DNA from: Methanotrichaceae archaeon
Lineage (GTDB): Archaea > Halobacteriota > Methanosarcinia > Methanotrichales > Methanotrichaceae
Direction of reading: 5' to 3'
DNA length: 64,000 nt
Assembly (NCBI GenBank): GCA_963803145.1
Contig: CAWDLW010000023.1
Span: 1-64,000, forward strand
A program made the position numbers and the translations under genes. The notes under the pieces were generated by a model. That model saw only the letters and a list, made by a program, of their open reading frames with translations. It had not been told where the DNA came from and did no database searches. Below, in pieces: positions 43,400-53,432 of this stretch (within the stretch, counting starts at the first letter, position 1; each line of letters opens with the position of its first letter).

Positions 43400-43565
43400 T
43401 TAAAACTCAGTTTCTAAACTCTCCTGATAAAAATCAACCTTGACAGGATCTGCAGAAGCTAGCTAACGATAAAGATATTAGAGGTCTGACAGTATTGTCA
43501 CGGTGGGATATTGTTGAGGCATACCTGATTGCTGATTGATAGCGTTTTCGGGATTATCAACCTAA

Positions 43566-44746
43566 CTATATAAGTTTCTCCTTTCCAATTTTTCGACTTT
43601 TTCCAATAATTTCCGCCTCAAGCGTCGGATCAAGCTTAAAAGCATTACTGGCCGCTACTATGAATTCTTCTTTGCGACCCAATTTAGCAAATATAATTGC
43701 TTTATTTACCCATGCTATTGCATTTTTTGGATTAAGTGCAATAGCTTTTTCAAATATAACTAATGCTTTTTCATAATTCTTTAATTCAAGTAGGGCAGCT
43801 CCCATATAATTCCATACATCTACATCGTTAGGATCCAATTCTATTCCCTTGTTAGATGCTTCCAAAGCTTCCGTATGCTTGTCGATCATACTGAAGGCAA
43901 GACATAAATTTTTCCATGCATCTTTCATCTTTGGATTAATTTCAGTTGCCCTTTGAAAAGATATTATACCCTCTTCGTATTTGCCTAATGTAGCTAAGGA
44001 TGAACCTTTATTAAGCCAGGCAAGTTCATTCCCAGAATCCAACTCTATGGCTTTTTCAGAAGCTTGCAAAGCTTCAGCATGCCTATAAAGGCCACCTAAT
44101 GCAGAACTTTTGTTAGTCCAAGCTATAGAATCCCTCGGATCTAATCTAATCGCTTTTTCTGCAGCTTTTAGAGCTTCTTTTGATTTACCTAATCGTTCTA
44201 ATGAATTACTCAAATTGCTCCAAGCCATAGCATTATTAGGATCAGATTTAACTGCCGTTTTATAAGCTTCCAGAGCATCTATATCGTTTCCTGTATCACT
44301 TAGCATTGAACCCTTAATAGTCCATAGCTGGGATTCCTTCGGGTCTAATTCTATTGCTCTGCTAACAGCTTTTAAAGCTTCCTCGTTTCTACCTAACTTG
44401 GCAAGAGCAGTACCTTTATTAGCCCAGGCCATGGCATTTCTGGAATCTAATCCTATAGCTTTTTCAGAAGCCTGCAAAGCTTCAGCATGCCTACCCAGGA
44501 TACCTAAAGCATAAGCTTTTTTATCCCATTCAAATTCATCATGAGACTCCGATTTAGCGGCATTCACTGACGGGTTCAGCCCTTCTGCAATTACACCAAA
44601 TGCAGAATCCATTCTTTCTAATTCTAGCGCAAATTCTTGATTTAATTCCATAGTTTTTTTAAAAGCTTCAAGCATTTCATTATTTTTATTGAAATAGTGC
44701 GCCGATAAAGCTAATAATCCCCAAGCTATAGAGAATTTGGGATCTA
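43566..44746 (-). pseudogene. TPR-repeat protein, 5'-truncated by IS630
   Basis: Repeated AW.NKG..L..LG..EEAL...KAI.LDP; TPR frame (IDPKFSIAW) continues to the IS junction. Confidence 0.8.
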
Positions 44747-45829
44747 TAGTTAATCCACGTAATTTTTACCTCATAGATACCCTTAAATAATTAATATACG
44801 ATATAGCCGTTCATGGGCAGGAAACCTGTAATTGTAAGACATATCTCGAAGGTAGAATTAGATCAATTGTATAAAGATGAGAGAAACATAAGAATTAAAG
44901 AACGGCTACTAGCGATAATACATTTATACGAAGGAAAGAATGTATATATAGTAGCTGATATTCTTAAACGAAGTGAAAAGACAATAAAGAATTGGCTAAG
45001 CGATTGGAACAAACAAGGATATGATGGATTGATACCACAGAATAGAAACGGCAAAGAACCAATGATATCTTTTGATGAATGGGATAAAATTATCGAAGAG
45101 ATTGAGGACAAAGGAATGACTATAAAAGAGGTAATAAAATATGCAAAAGACACAAGAGGCGTAGAATATTCGTATAAAGGTGGTTGGAAGATTTTAAGAT
45201 CAATAAAGAAAGTCAAATATGGTAAACCATATATTAGAAATAATAAGAGGCCTGTTAATGCAGAAAGTTTTCTAAAAAAAGGATAGATTCAGTAATAACA
45301 ACAGTCAAAGAACCTATTATTGGATTCCTTGATGAAAGCTCTTTGCAACAGCGACCTAATACACGCAGGGTTTTAAACACCCATATGCTAAATTATCAAC
45401 CTGGAAAAGTTAGGTCTAGAACTGTTTTTGGGTTCATTGCATTGAATGGAAATGATGAAGTTATGGTCTCTCACTCATCCAAGAAAGAAGATTTAATGAT
45501 CTTCGCCCAAAAATTGAGAAGTAACAATATTATGAGACCAATATGTATTGTCCTAGATAATGCTAGAATACATCTAGCTAAGAAGTTTAGGGCATTAGCC
45601 CACGAACTTGATATCCATTTAATATATAACGTGCCATATTCCCCTGATTTAAATCCTATAGAGTTCGGTTGGAAGGATTTTAAAAGAGAGATATCAAAAT
45701 ATACTGATTTTGATGAAGCTATTGAGGATGCCCAAGATTGCGCTTTACAAATATTTTATTCCAATAAAGATGGATACTCTAAGTCTTGGATAAAGCAGTT
45801 TATAAGGTAAAAAGTTGGGAGAATGACTA
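44747..45829 (+). mobile_element. IS630-family element, copy 1
   Basis: Imperfect TIR TAGTTAATCCACGTAATTTTTAC / GTAAAAAGTTGGGAGAATGACTA, TA on both sides. Confidence 0.9.
44813..45810 (+). CDS. IS630 transposase split in two frames (-1 slip at A7 run ~45274)
   Basis: HTH ORF 44813-45286; -1 frame carries FLDES, LDNA, YSPDLNPIE. Confidence 0.85.
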
Positions 45830-45881
45830 TAGTCATCCCAAACTCAGATCAGGATAAAGCTTTTGAACTGTAGCCTCTTGA

Positions 45882-45940
45882 AGCCCGCGCGGCGACTGAG
45901 CGCGCTATCGTCACCGTTAGTATTAGCCCCAGAAGGAAGT
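45882..45940 (+). repeat. Structured repeat copy A (3' half only; 5' leader 45830-45881 shared with copy E)
   Basis: agcccgcgcggcgactgagcgcgctatcgtcaccgttagtattagccccagaaggaagt. Confidence 0.9.
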
Positions 45941-45990
45941 GTCAGCTCTAAATACATTGGCTGGCCCAAATGTGAAGTCAAAACAGTTCC

Positions 45991-46489
45991 TTATTCTCCT
46001 GCAAGCTTCAGAACAGCTTTTCGTGTCTGCTTCGCCAGGCGAAAGCCTAATTCCTGGAGCCTATCGATAGATGGTTCAACTGCTTCCAGGTGCCCCGCAC
46101 GTTTTGCATCCAGCAGTAATCCCAGTGTACCTCTAATAGGTATTCCTTTTGCAGTGGCAATGCGCCGAGCCAGCGCATCATCCAGAAGCGGGAGGGCTTC
46201 CCGGCATTTCAAGCGCCAGCATCAGTACCTGGGATTCACCAGGTCCGAGATCTGTTATTAGGGGCTCTGCTTTTGCGCTGACAGGCACTTGGATCTTGAC
46301 CCAGCTTAGATTCTCCAGCTTTGGCAGGTCTAATCCTTTTGCGATGCCTGCATCCAGTTCAGCTCGGACGGAAGGAGGGACAATAATAGATCCAACAAGG
46401 GCTGGAAGAATCCTCAATTGACCTATCTGATGCAGATATTGCAGTGGCGATGTATTGCAGATGACCTTGGGCAGGGCTTTTTTAGGCAA
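45991..46489 (-). pseudogene. DUF3368-type PIN toxin, frameshifted
   Basis: VICNTSPLQYL...LGPGE in one frame, LLDDALARR..GTLGLL in the next. Confidence 0.85.
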
Positions 46490-46733
46490 GGCTGGTCTCC
46501 GCCTTGAGATCTTCTTCCGTCAAGCGGAAAGTGTCCACGCCATACTTTGCCAGGTTAGCCAAGAATATCGTTCGTGGAACTCCTGCCAGCTTTGCAGCTG
46601 CACCCGAGGATAATTTTCCAAGTTCAAAGAGCTTTACAGCAGCAGCTAATCTCAACTCCTTTCCGAGTTCATCCGGAGACATCTTCATCGCTAACAAGGC
46701 ATCATCCGGAACTTGCAAGACTATCTCGCTCAT
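46482..46733 (-). CDS. UPF0175-family antitoxin
   Basis: AVKLFELGKLSSGAAAKLAGV; overlaps toxin start. Confidence 0.85.
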   Translation of the reverse strand: MSEIVLQVPDDALLAMKMSPDELGKELRLAAAVKLFELGKLSSGAAAKLAGVPRTIFLANLAKYGVDTFRLTEEDLKAETSLA

Positions 46734-46858
46734 ACGATCTAATCTCTTTTCATTGCTATTGTATTTTTGCATCTAGCTTTGTGGTTGATAGTTCATCCTT
46801 TGTTTATAATTACAGCCTGATATCCGACAAATGCAGAATAGTTTATCCTGTCTCAGTT

Positions 46859-46965
46859 AACCTTGTCGGCTGTTTCGAGAGACTTCCCCCAGCGAGGGGT
46901 TAGGGGCAGCCCGCGCGGCGATTGAGCGCGCTAGTAAACCGCTAGTGTTAGCCCCAGAAGGAAGT
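46859..46965 (+). repeat. Structured repeat copy B
   Basis: aacct...acttcccccagcgaggggttaggggcagcccgcgcggcgattgagcgcgctagtaaaccgctagtgttagccccagaaggaagt. Confidence 0.92.
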
Positions 46966-47218
46966 ATAAGGATCTTGAATTGTCATAGGCCATAGGAAAG
47001 ATTGAAATGTGCGTTGTCTTAGGTGAACGAGCACTTTCTGAAGAAGAGATTATATAGATAGGGATTATTTATTGTATCAAAGTTATAGGCGAGGCTGTAA
47101 ATCCTAATCGAAGCATATAATTACTAAATAGTGTGCAATAAAGGCATTTGCTGAGAAAATCACATTATGGTCATTGGTGTCCACCAAACACAATGGCTCA
47201 GAGTTTAAGCGAGGCCTC

Positions 47219-47404
47219 TCAAGGATTCTCGCTTTTCTCTGATAATCTCTTTCGAAGAATAAGCCTAGCACCTTCTTCAAATACGTGTGAAATATTTCTA
47301 AATTCACCAGCAGCTACGGCCTCTTCAGCTGCTTTATACGTTTCAGGGCTTATACTAACGCTGAATTTTTTTGTGGGCATCGCTAAAAACAATGCTGCGC
47401 CCAT
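47219..47404 (-). CDS. Ribbon-helix-helix (CopG-like) protein
   Basis: KKFSVSISPE...GEFRNISHVFEEG. Confidence 0.75.
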   Translation of the reverse strand: MGAALFLAMPTKKFSVSISPETYKAAEEAVAAGEFRNISHVFEEGARLILRKRLSEKSENP

Positions 47405-47480
47405 CTAAATAGTTTTCTCACCGAGTATTACCAACAACCTTAAATAGAAATATGACCAGGTATTATTTTGGTGGACATCA

Positions 47481-47705
47481 ATGAATGGAAAGACCCATCT
47501 AGAGGAAGCTATCCTTGTCTCTCAGATCAGGGAATCAATTGCACAGAAGTTGATTGGAAAGTATTCAACAACTTTTCTATACAGGATCGAAATTATCTGG
47601 CCCTGTTCAATATTAATCCAGATCGTTGAAAATAGTTTTCTGAATACCCTAACGACGAATGTCCTAGGCTCCTCTCAGGATATTCCAGAAGCAGAGGCGG
47701 TCTAA
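47481..47705 (+). CDS. Hypothetical protein
   Basis: GGTGG SD-like motif upstream; stop abuts next ATG; no family recognised. Confidence 0.35.
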   Translation: MNGKTHLEEAILVSQIRESIAQKLIGKYSTTFLYRIEIIWPCSILIQIVENSFLNTLTTNVLGSSQDIPEAEAV

Positions 47706-48284
47706 ATGCCCTCCCCAAACAATCCCGAAAGCGCCGTTCCGCTAGCAATCGATCCAGCAACCACATCCATATTATCAGAGCTGACCACATCACTAGCCGA
47801 ACTTCAGCCCCTCGCCCCCAAGATCGCCGATCTGAAAAATGAAACCCTGGAAAAAGAAGCCGCAATCCTGAAAGCAATCCTGGAGAAGCTCACGCATCTG
47901 GTGCCTCTGCTGAGCGAAGACTGCGAGCAATGTTACCGCCGTGAGATTGTCATCCTGACCGATGAGGAGAGAGTTCAGCTTGATGATTTTGGCTTTTTCA
48001 GCGAGCACAGGCTGATTCTCTACGAGAACGGCCTGCTGGTGAGGACTCACCGCTATGGCCAATCTATGGATCATGGCCAATCAATGGAAGCTTCACACGT
48101 AGGATGGGAGAACACCGATGAGGATGTGCTTACTCCTGAGGCGGCTATAATCGCATTCGGTTTCACGGCCATTTCACAGGGCTTGACAAAGGCTCTTGAA
48201 GAGGCATCATCGATGGCTGCACTCAAAGAGATGCTTGAAGAAGATGTAGCGGCTTTAACTAAGGCATTGGAGGCTCTATTATAG
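47706..48284 (+). CDS. Hypothetical protein (paralog of 54491-55075)
   Basis: 192-aa ORF conserved in two copies, CEQC motif, helical termini. Confidence 0.8.
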   Translation: MPSPNNPESAVPLAIDPATTSILSELTTSLAELQPLAPKIADLKNETLEKEAAILKAILEKLTHLVPLLSEDCEQCYRREIVILTDEERVQLDDFGFFSEHRLILYENGLLVRTHRYGQSMDHGQSMEASHVGWENTDEDVLTPEAAIIAFGFTAISQGLTKALEEASSMAALKEMLEEDVAALTKALEALL

Positions 48285-48496
48285 GCAGCTGCTGACCTGA
48301 TGGCAGGAACCACAAGCATTCGATTGCATCGAGCGAGACCGTCCATAGCTAATAGTAATTGCCTCCACTCGAAAGCTTCAAAATTTTAGCGTTCTCATAG
48401 GCCGCATCATACATCTCAGCTTGATCATATTCTCATACTTGCAAAATCATTATATGGGTTGAATGGGATAAATGGGTAAAAGAGTTGATTGAAAGG

Positions 48497-48760
48497 ATGC
48501 CGCTTGCCAAAATGGATGACCGGGGGAGGCTGCAGCTTCCCAGCGACCTAAGGCATAAAATGAAGCTCAAAGAGGGCGACGAATTTGTTGCAGAGAAGCT
48601 TGGAGAGGATACGATTCTTCTAAAGAAGATTAACATAAGAGCACTGCTGGAAGATGCAATAGAAAAGGCTAAATCCGTAGATCTTGACAAGCTGGAAAAA
48701 GAGATTGAGGAGGAAAGCAACCAGCTTGCCCGAAAGATGTACAAGGTATCTTCTAGATAA
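48497..48760 (+). CDS. AbrB/MazE-family antitoxin
   Basis: AKMDDRGRLQLPSDLRHKMKLKEGDE. Confidence 0.88.
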   Translation: MPLAKMDDRGRLQLPSDLRHKMKLKEGDEFVAEKLGEDTILLKKINIRALLEDAIEKAKSVDLDKLEKEIEEESNQLARKMYKVSSR

Positions 48761-49166
48761 TACCCTCTTTATTGCCGCAGTCAAGAAGGGCTGGACTAAG
48801 AGCACTGAACTAATCTATACTCTTCTAGATAGCCCAGTGGAATTATTTGCCAATAAGCTCCTTATTTTCGAATACGAGAAATATGCCAGCGCCCTTCATA
48901 CCTATGAACTTTTAGAGCACTTGAAGAAGACTATGATTTTGGTAAATCCTTCTCAGGAAGAAGTCGATGTATGTGCAGCGTTCTTTCCTGAAAACGAGCT
49001 ATCGGATATAGTTCACGCAGCTACTTGTCTTTCAGTTGGTGCAATCCTAATCACCAATGATAACCATTTCAATAAAATTAAAGAAGCTAGGTTGATTGAG
49101 GCCTGGAGCATGACAAAGGCGATAAAGCGGCTTCTAGGAGAAGATAAGGATTATGAAGACAATTAG
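48726..49166 (+). CDS. PIN-domain (VapC-like) toxin
   Basis: YLLDNT, EY, DIVHAATC, LITNDNHF. Confidence 0.85.
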   Translation: MPERCTRYLLDNTLFIAAVKKGWTKSTELIYTLLDSPVELFANKLLIFEYEKYASALHTYELLEHLKKTMILVNPSQEEVDVCAAFFPENELSDIVHAATCLSVGAILITNDNHFNKIKEARLIEAWSMTKAIKRLLGEDKDYEDN

Positions 49167-49188
49167 CACATGATAGTTCTTGAAACAT

Positions 49189-49440
49189 TTAGGCAAGGCT
49201 TGCCTCCGCCTTGAGATCTTCTTCCGTTAGGCGAAAAGTATCCACGCCATAGTTTGCCAGGCTGGCCAGGAATATCGTTCGTGGAACTCCTGCAAGCTTT
49301 GCAGCCGCACCGGAGGATAGTTTTCCAAGTTCAAAGAGCTTTGCAGCTGCAGCTAATCTCAACTCCTTTCCGAACTCGTCTGGAGACATCTTCATAGCCA
49401 ATAAGGCATCATCCGGAACTTGTAAGACTATCTCGCTCAT
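49189..49440 (-). CDS. UPF0175-family antitoxin, orphan copy
   Basis: Near-identical to 46482-46733; partner toxin absent after TTGCCTAAA. Confidence 0.82.
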   Translation of the reverse strand: MSEIVLQVPDDALLAMKMSPDEFGKELRLAAAAKLFELGKLSSGAAAKLAGVPRTIFLASLANYGVDTFRLTEEDLKAEASLA

Positions 49441-49560
49441 ACGATCTAACCTCTCTTTATGGCTATTGTATTTTTGCATATAGCTTTGTGGTTGATAGTT
49501 CATCTTTTGTTTAACAGCCAGATATCCTACAAATACAGAACCGCCCATCAGGTCTCTGTT

Positions 49561-49668
49561 AACCTAATTGCCTGTTTCGAGAGACTTCCCCCAGCGAGGG
49601 GTTAGGGGTAGCCCGCGCAGCGACTGAGCGCGCTATCGTCACCGTTAGTATTACCCTCAGAAGGAAGT
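49561..49668 (+). repeat. Structured repeat copy C
   Basis: Full copy with ggggta/taccct variant. Confidence 0.92.
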
Positions 49669-49932
49669 ATAATGCTTTTGAATTTAATAGCAGACCTAAG
49701 CACTGAACCAATTAGCACTGAACCAATTATTCCATGATCGATCGTAAGAGAAGCCCATCAGGGTGAATATAGTAAATGAATGCGGACTAAGGAAGATGAT
49801 TTGGGATTAAGTACTTAGTGAGACGGTAGCCATAAGATAATGCAATCAGATAGATCTGAGGTATATTAGTACTCTTACTGAGGCATAATAAATGCAGCAA
49901 TCTCTTCATCCCTGAAGGCAACTATAATTCCG

Positions 49933-50234
49933 ATGGATAAATTCGAAGCCCTGAGAGAAAAAGTGCTAGTTAGCTCAGGCCATACGTTAAACGCAATTGC
50001 CGTTTTCGGCTCCTTCGCCCGAGATGAAGAGACCCGAAGAGAGCGATATAGATCTAATGGTCGAGCTGAAGCCGCGAGAGCTGGCCCATGCTTGGGCTTG
50101 AAGTGTTTGGCCTGGAAGAAGAGCTGAGCCGAATCCTGGGCAGAGATGTAGAATTGGTGACAGAGCGGGCTCTTAGCCCTTATATAAAGCCGTATGCAGA
50201 GATGGATATGGTTATGCTCTATGAAGAAGGATGA
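49933..50234 (+). pseudogene. Minimal nucleotidyltransferase (MNT) antitoxin, frameshifted
   Basis: AVFGSFAR, DIDLMVE and LGRDVELVT spread over frames. Confidence 0.82.
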
Positions 50235-50265
50235 TTATGTATATCTTCGCCATATACTCGATTCA
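50221..50265 (+). pseudogene. HEPN/DUF86 N-terminal remnant
   Basis: MKKDDYVYLRHILDS overlapping MNT end, then truncated. Confidence 0.6.
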
Positions 50266-50422
50266 GGCTTAGAATGGGTCGACCCATTTCCATCGATTGG
50301 CGGGGCTTCGATTACGGTCTCCATAGGGCCGGTTTCGATTGTCTAAGCTCATCATCATAACAAGGTTATCATAGAACATTTTCACCTAGACTTTAAATAA
50401 TAAGAATCCATAGGTAGTATCT

Positions 50423-50605
50423 ATGTGTGAGAGTTTGGAGCGCAAGACTATAACTCCCCAACTTCCCTACGATCAGGAAGAGCCAGGTGAGGATGAGGAG
50501 ATCACCCTTGCACTTATGAAGCTCTCAGCTCTATCACTGCAGGATTTCTTAGAGAGCGAACCAGATATCTATACGGACGATGATCTTAAAGTCAGATACC
50601 GATGA
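50423..50605 (+). CDS. Putative antitoxin
   Basis: Acidic tail LQDFLESEPDIYTDDDLK; ATGA overlap with MazF-like gene. Confidence 0.7.
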   Translation: MCESLERKTITPQLPYDQEEPGEDEEITLALMKLSALSLQDFLESEPDIYTDDDLKVRYR

Positions 50606-50949
50606 AAGGTGATATCGTCCTTGTTCCTTTCCCAAACTCCGATTTGAGTACATGGAAGCGTAGGCCAGCGTTAATCCTTTATGAAGATCTTATAGAAAAT
50701 GAGACTACAATTGCTTACGTATCATCGCGTATCCCTATAATCCCAGCTTCTAGCGATATTCTGATAACAAGAGGAACGCGGTCTTTTAATGAGTCTGGCT
50801 TAAAGTGGAACTCAGTTATAAAATTAAATAAGATAGCTGCTATTAAAACCCATTTTATTGCCGGATTGCTTGGTGTTGCGGATGAAACCTTGAAGGCTGA
50901 AGTTAATAGGGCATTGGATGCTTGCTTAAAGTTTCCAGCAAAATTGTAA
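50602..50949 (+). CDS. MazF/PemK-family toxin
   Basis: KGDIVLVPFPNSD...KRRPAL, GLKWNSVI. Confidence 0.88.
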   Translation: MKGDIVLVPFPNSDLSTWKRRPALILYEDLIENETTIAYVSSRIPIIPASSDILITRGTRSFNESGLKWNSVIKLNKIAAIKTHFIAGLLGVADETLKAEVNRALDACLKFPAKL

Positions 50950-50957
50950 GGTTCTAT

Positions 50958-51224
50958 TTAGCTCCGGGCATACTCCAGATCCACTTCCAGCTCCGTCTCT
51001 CCATAATGGCGCTTGATCTTACGATGACCTAGAAGTTCCTCGAATTGCAAGCGTGCCAAGCCACTCAGTGCTGCAGCTTTGCCGGAAGAAAGCACTCCAT
51101 GCTGGTAAAGAGCCAAAGCTAGCTCTTTGTAAAGCTCTGCTTCAACATCATCAGGGGGAACTCTGAGGGCGTTTGCTACGTCTTCGGGAATCTTCAATGT
51201 GGGGGCACCCATGAATTTATGCAC
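50958..51224 (-). CDS. UPF0175-family antitoxin (second subtype, orphan)
   Basis: ELALALYQHGVLSSGKAAALSGL. Confidence 0.82.
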   Translation of the reverse strand: MHKFMGAPTLKIPEDVANALRVPPDDVEAELYKELALALYQHGVLSSGKAAALSGLARLQFEELLGHRKIKRHYGETELEVDLEYARS

Positions 51225-51397
51225 CTCTTCATAATTCTCGCTCGGATTATTTTTTAAGCTTTGGGAACAATAATAACAAGATTGGATTCGACCTAGAGCT
51301 TTAAGTCGGATGTGACACGTAGAAGGGCGTTAAAATACGATGGAATCACCATCAATTCCGCCATAGACATAAGAATAATGAATACTGTTATTCTACT

Positions 51398-51784
51398 ATG
51401 AAAATCAAACTGACAAGTGTATTTGTAGACGACCAAGGCAAGGCTCTCAAGTTTTATACAGAGGTCTTGGGCTTTGTTAAGAAATCGGATGTTACAGCAG
51501 GGAAATACAGATGGTTAACGGTTGTTTCGCCTGAAGAGCAAGACGGTGCCCAGTTACTTCTTGAGCCTAAGGATAATCCTGCGGCAAAATCCTACCAGGA
51601 ATCTATTTTCAAGCAAGGTATTCCCGCCGCTATGTTCTTCGTTGATGATATTCAGAAAGAGTATCAGAGACTGAAGAGACTTGGAGTGAAATTCACAATG
51701 GAGCCGACAAAAACACCCGGCTCGACTATTGTCGTGTTTGATGATACCAGCGGAAACCTGATACAGTTAGCTCAGCTTGGGTAG
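51398..51784 (+). CDS. VOC/glyoxalase family protein
   Basis: VDDQGKALKFYTEVLGF, FFVDDI, DDTSGNLIQL. Confidence 0.9.
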   Translation: MKIKLTSVFVDDQGKALKFYTEVLGFVKKSDVTAGKYRWLTVVSPEEQDGAQLLLEPKDNPAAKSYQESIFKQGIPAAMFFVDDIQKEYQRLKRLGVKFTMEPTKTPGSTIVVFDDTSGNLIQLAQLG

Positions 51785-51893
51785 GATTTCACAGATAACG
51801 TCAGCGTGACAAAGTTGATCCTTTGAGGGTTATCAGTTTAGGCATTGCCGCAGCCGATCTATCCTGCAAATCAAGGGACCTGGGCAACGAAGA

Positions 51894-52127
51894 CTAGACG
51901 AGATAGGAACCGATAACAAATTCATGTAGAGTATATTTCCCTTTTTCGCTTTCAAAGGGAATAATCAGGTATTTTCATTTTTCAATTCTCTCGATGTATC
52001 CTCGCTTCTCCAATCTTGTGAGCATTATTTTCAATGTGCTTTTATCAATCCGAGTCTTTTGATACATTTGGTCAATTGAAAATATCTTGCTCCCTTTTGC
52101 CATAGATTTGAGATCCTTAATAGCCAT
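51894..52127 (-). pseudogene. AbiEi-like (type IV TA antitoxin) N-terminal remnant
   Basis: KIFSIDQ...LTRLEKRGYIERIEK*KYLIIP...KGKYTLHEFVIGSYLV*; internal stop at 51975-51977. Confidence 0.65.
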
Positions 52128-52240
52128 GCAACCCACTGTCTTGATTTTCCCCTTTAATACACCAAAGTTATCATAATGTTAATTTTGGTGTATACAAGGG
52201 GGAATCTTGTGAATTCAAATGAATATAACTCCTCTCAATC

Positions 52241-52350
52241 AACCTAATAGCACGCGTTTTCGAAACCTTCCCCCAGCGAGGGGTTAGGGGTAACCTGCCC
52301 GGCGACTGAGGGCGCTAGTAAAACCCCTAGTGTTAGCCCCGGAAGAAATT
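52241..52350 (+). repeat. Structured repeat copy D
   Basis: Full copy with gccc/gggc compensatory inner stem. Confidence 0.9.
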
Positions 52351-52422
52351 GCAAGGCTTCTAAGATATATTAGTCAGCCCAAACTCAGATCAGAATAAAG
52401 CTTTTGAACTGTAGCCGCTTGA

Positions 52423-52481
52423 AGCCAGCGCGGCGATTGAGCGCGCTATCGTCACCGTCAGTTTTAGCCCCAGAAGGAAGT
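52423..52481 (+). repeat. Structured repeat copy E (3' half; leader 52371-52422 matches 45830-45881)
   Basis: agccagcgcggcgattgagcgcgctatcgtcaccgtcagttttagccccagaaggaagt. Confidence 0.9.
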
Positions 52482-52751
52482 TTATTGCCTTTGAATTTAA
52501 TAGCAGGCCCAAGCACTGAACTAATTTTTCCACGATCGATCGTAAGAGAAGGTCATCAATGTGAATATAGTAAATGAACGCGGACTAAGGAAGATGTTTT
52601 GGGATTGAGTACTGAGTGAGACGATAGCTATACGGTAATGCAAATTTAAGTAGATAGAATGCAAGCAGATAGATCAGAGGTATATCAGCACTCTTACTGA
52701 GGCGCAACAAATGCAGCAATTTCTTCATTCCTGAAGGCAACTATAATTCCG

Positions 52752-53062
52752 ATGGATAAATTCGAAGCCCTAAGAGAAAAAGTGCTGCCTTTGCTCAGGC
52801 CATACGTTAAACGCAATTGCCGTTTTCGGCTCCTTCGCCCGAGGTGATGAGACTCCAGAGCGATATAGATCTAATGGTTGAGCTGAAGCCGCGAGAGCAG
52901 CGCCCATGCTTGGGCTTGAAGTGGTTTGGCCTGGAAGAAGAGTTGAGCCGAATACTGGGCAGAGATGTAGAATTGGTGACAGAGGGCGCTCTTAGCCCTT
53001 ATATAAAACCGTATTCAGAGAGGAATATGGTTATGCTCTATGAAGAGCCTCAAAGCTTTTAG
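52752..53062 (+). pseudogene. MNT antitoxin, frameshifted second copy
   Basis: Homologous to 49933-50234, including ~250 bp upstream. Confidence 0.82.
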
Positions 53063-53168
53063 CGTTCTCATAGGCCGTATCATACAGCTCAGCCTGATCT
53101 TATTCTCATGCCCTGCAAAATCGTTATATGGGATGAATGGGTTAAATGGGTAATGGAGTGATTGAAGA

Positions 53169-53432
53169 ATGCCGCTCGCCAAAATGGATGATCGCGGGAG
53201 GTTGCAGCTTCCCAGCGATCTGAGGCATAAGATGAAGCTCAAAGAGGGCGACGAATTTGTTGCAGAGAAGCTTGGAGAGGATACGATTATCCTTAAAAAG
53301 ATTAACATAAGAGCGCTGCTTGAAGATGCGATAGAAAAGGCTAAATTCGTGGATCTTGACAAGCTGGAAAAAGAGATCGAGGAGGAGAGCAACCAGCTTG
53401 CCCGAAAGATGTACAAGGTATCTTCTAGATAA
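53169..53432 (+). CDS. AbrB/MazE-family antitoxin, copy 2
   Basis: Near-identical to 48497-48760. Confidence 0.88.
   Translation: MPLAKMDDRGRLQLPSDLRHKMKLKEGDEFVAEKLGEDTIILKKINIRALLEDAIEKAKFVDLDKLEKEIEEESNQLARKMYKVSSR

Noticed and set aside
46880-46910. HDV-like ribozyme (minus strand CCCTCGCTGG resembles L3)
   Set aside because: No proper P3, no GG for P1.1 after the P1 strand, and the loop is not conserved in copies G and H.
46859-46965. Canonical integron attC (YYAAC at 5' end, GTTAG near 3' end)
   Set aside because: Ends do not form the long R/L hairpin, inferred crossover is central rather than at G/TT, genes lie on both strands and no intI is seen. IntegronFinder would settle it.
46882-46965. 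tRNA or tRNA-derived repeat
   Set aside because: Stem topology differs and there is no TTCGA T-loop or D-loop at the expected positions.
48684-48760. PIN toxins lacking a start codon
   Set aside because: An in-frame TTG (48726; 53398) follows a GAGGAG motif, so a canonical start exists.
50267-50348. MITE-like element (GCTTAGA/TCTAAGC ends, palindrome AATGGGTCGACCCATT)
   Set aside because: Single copy, no TSD; could equally be a minus-strand gene remnant.
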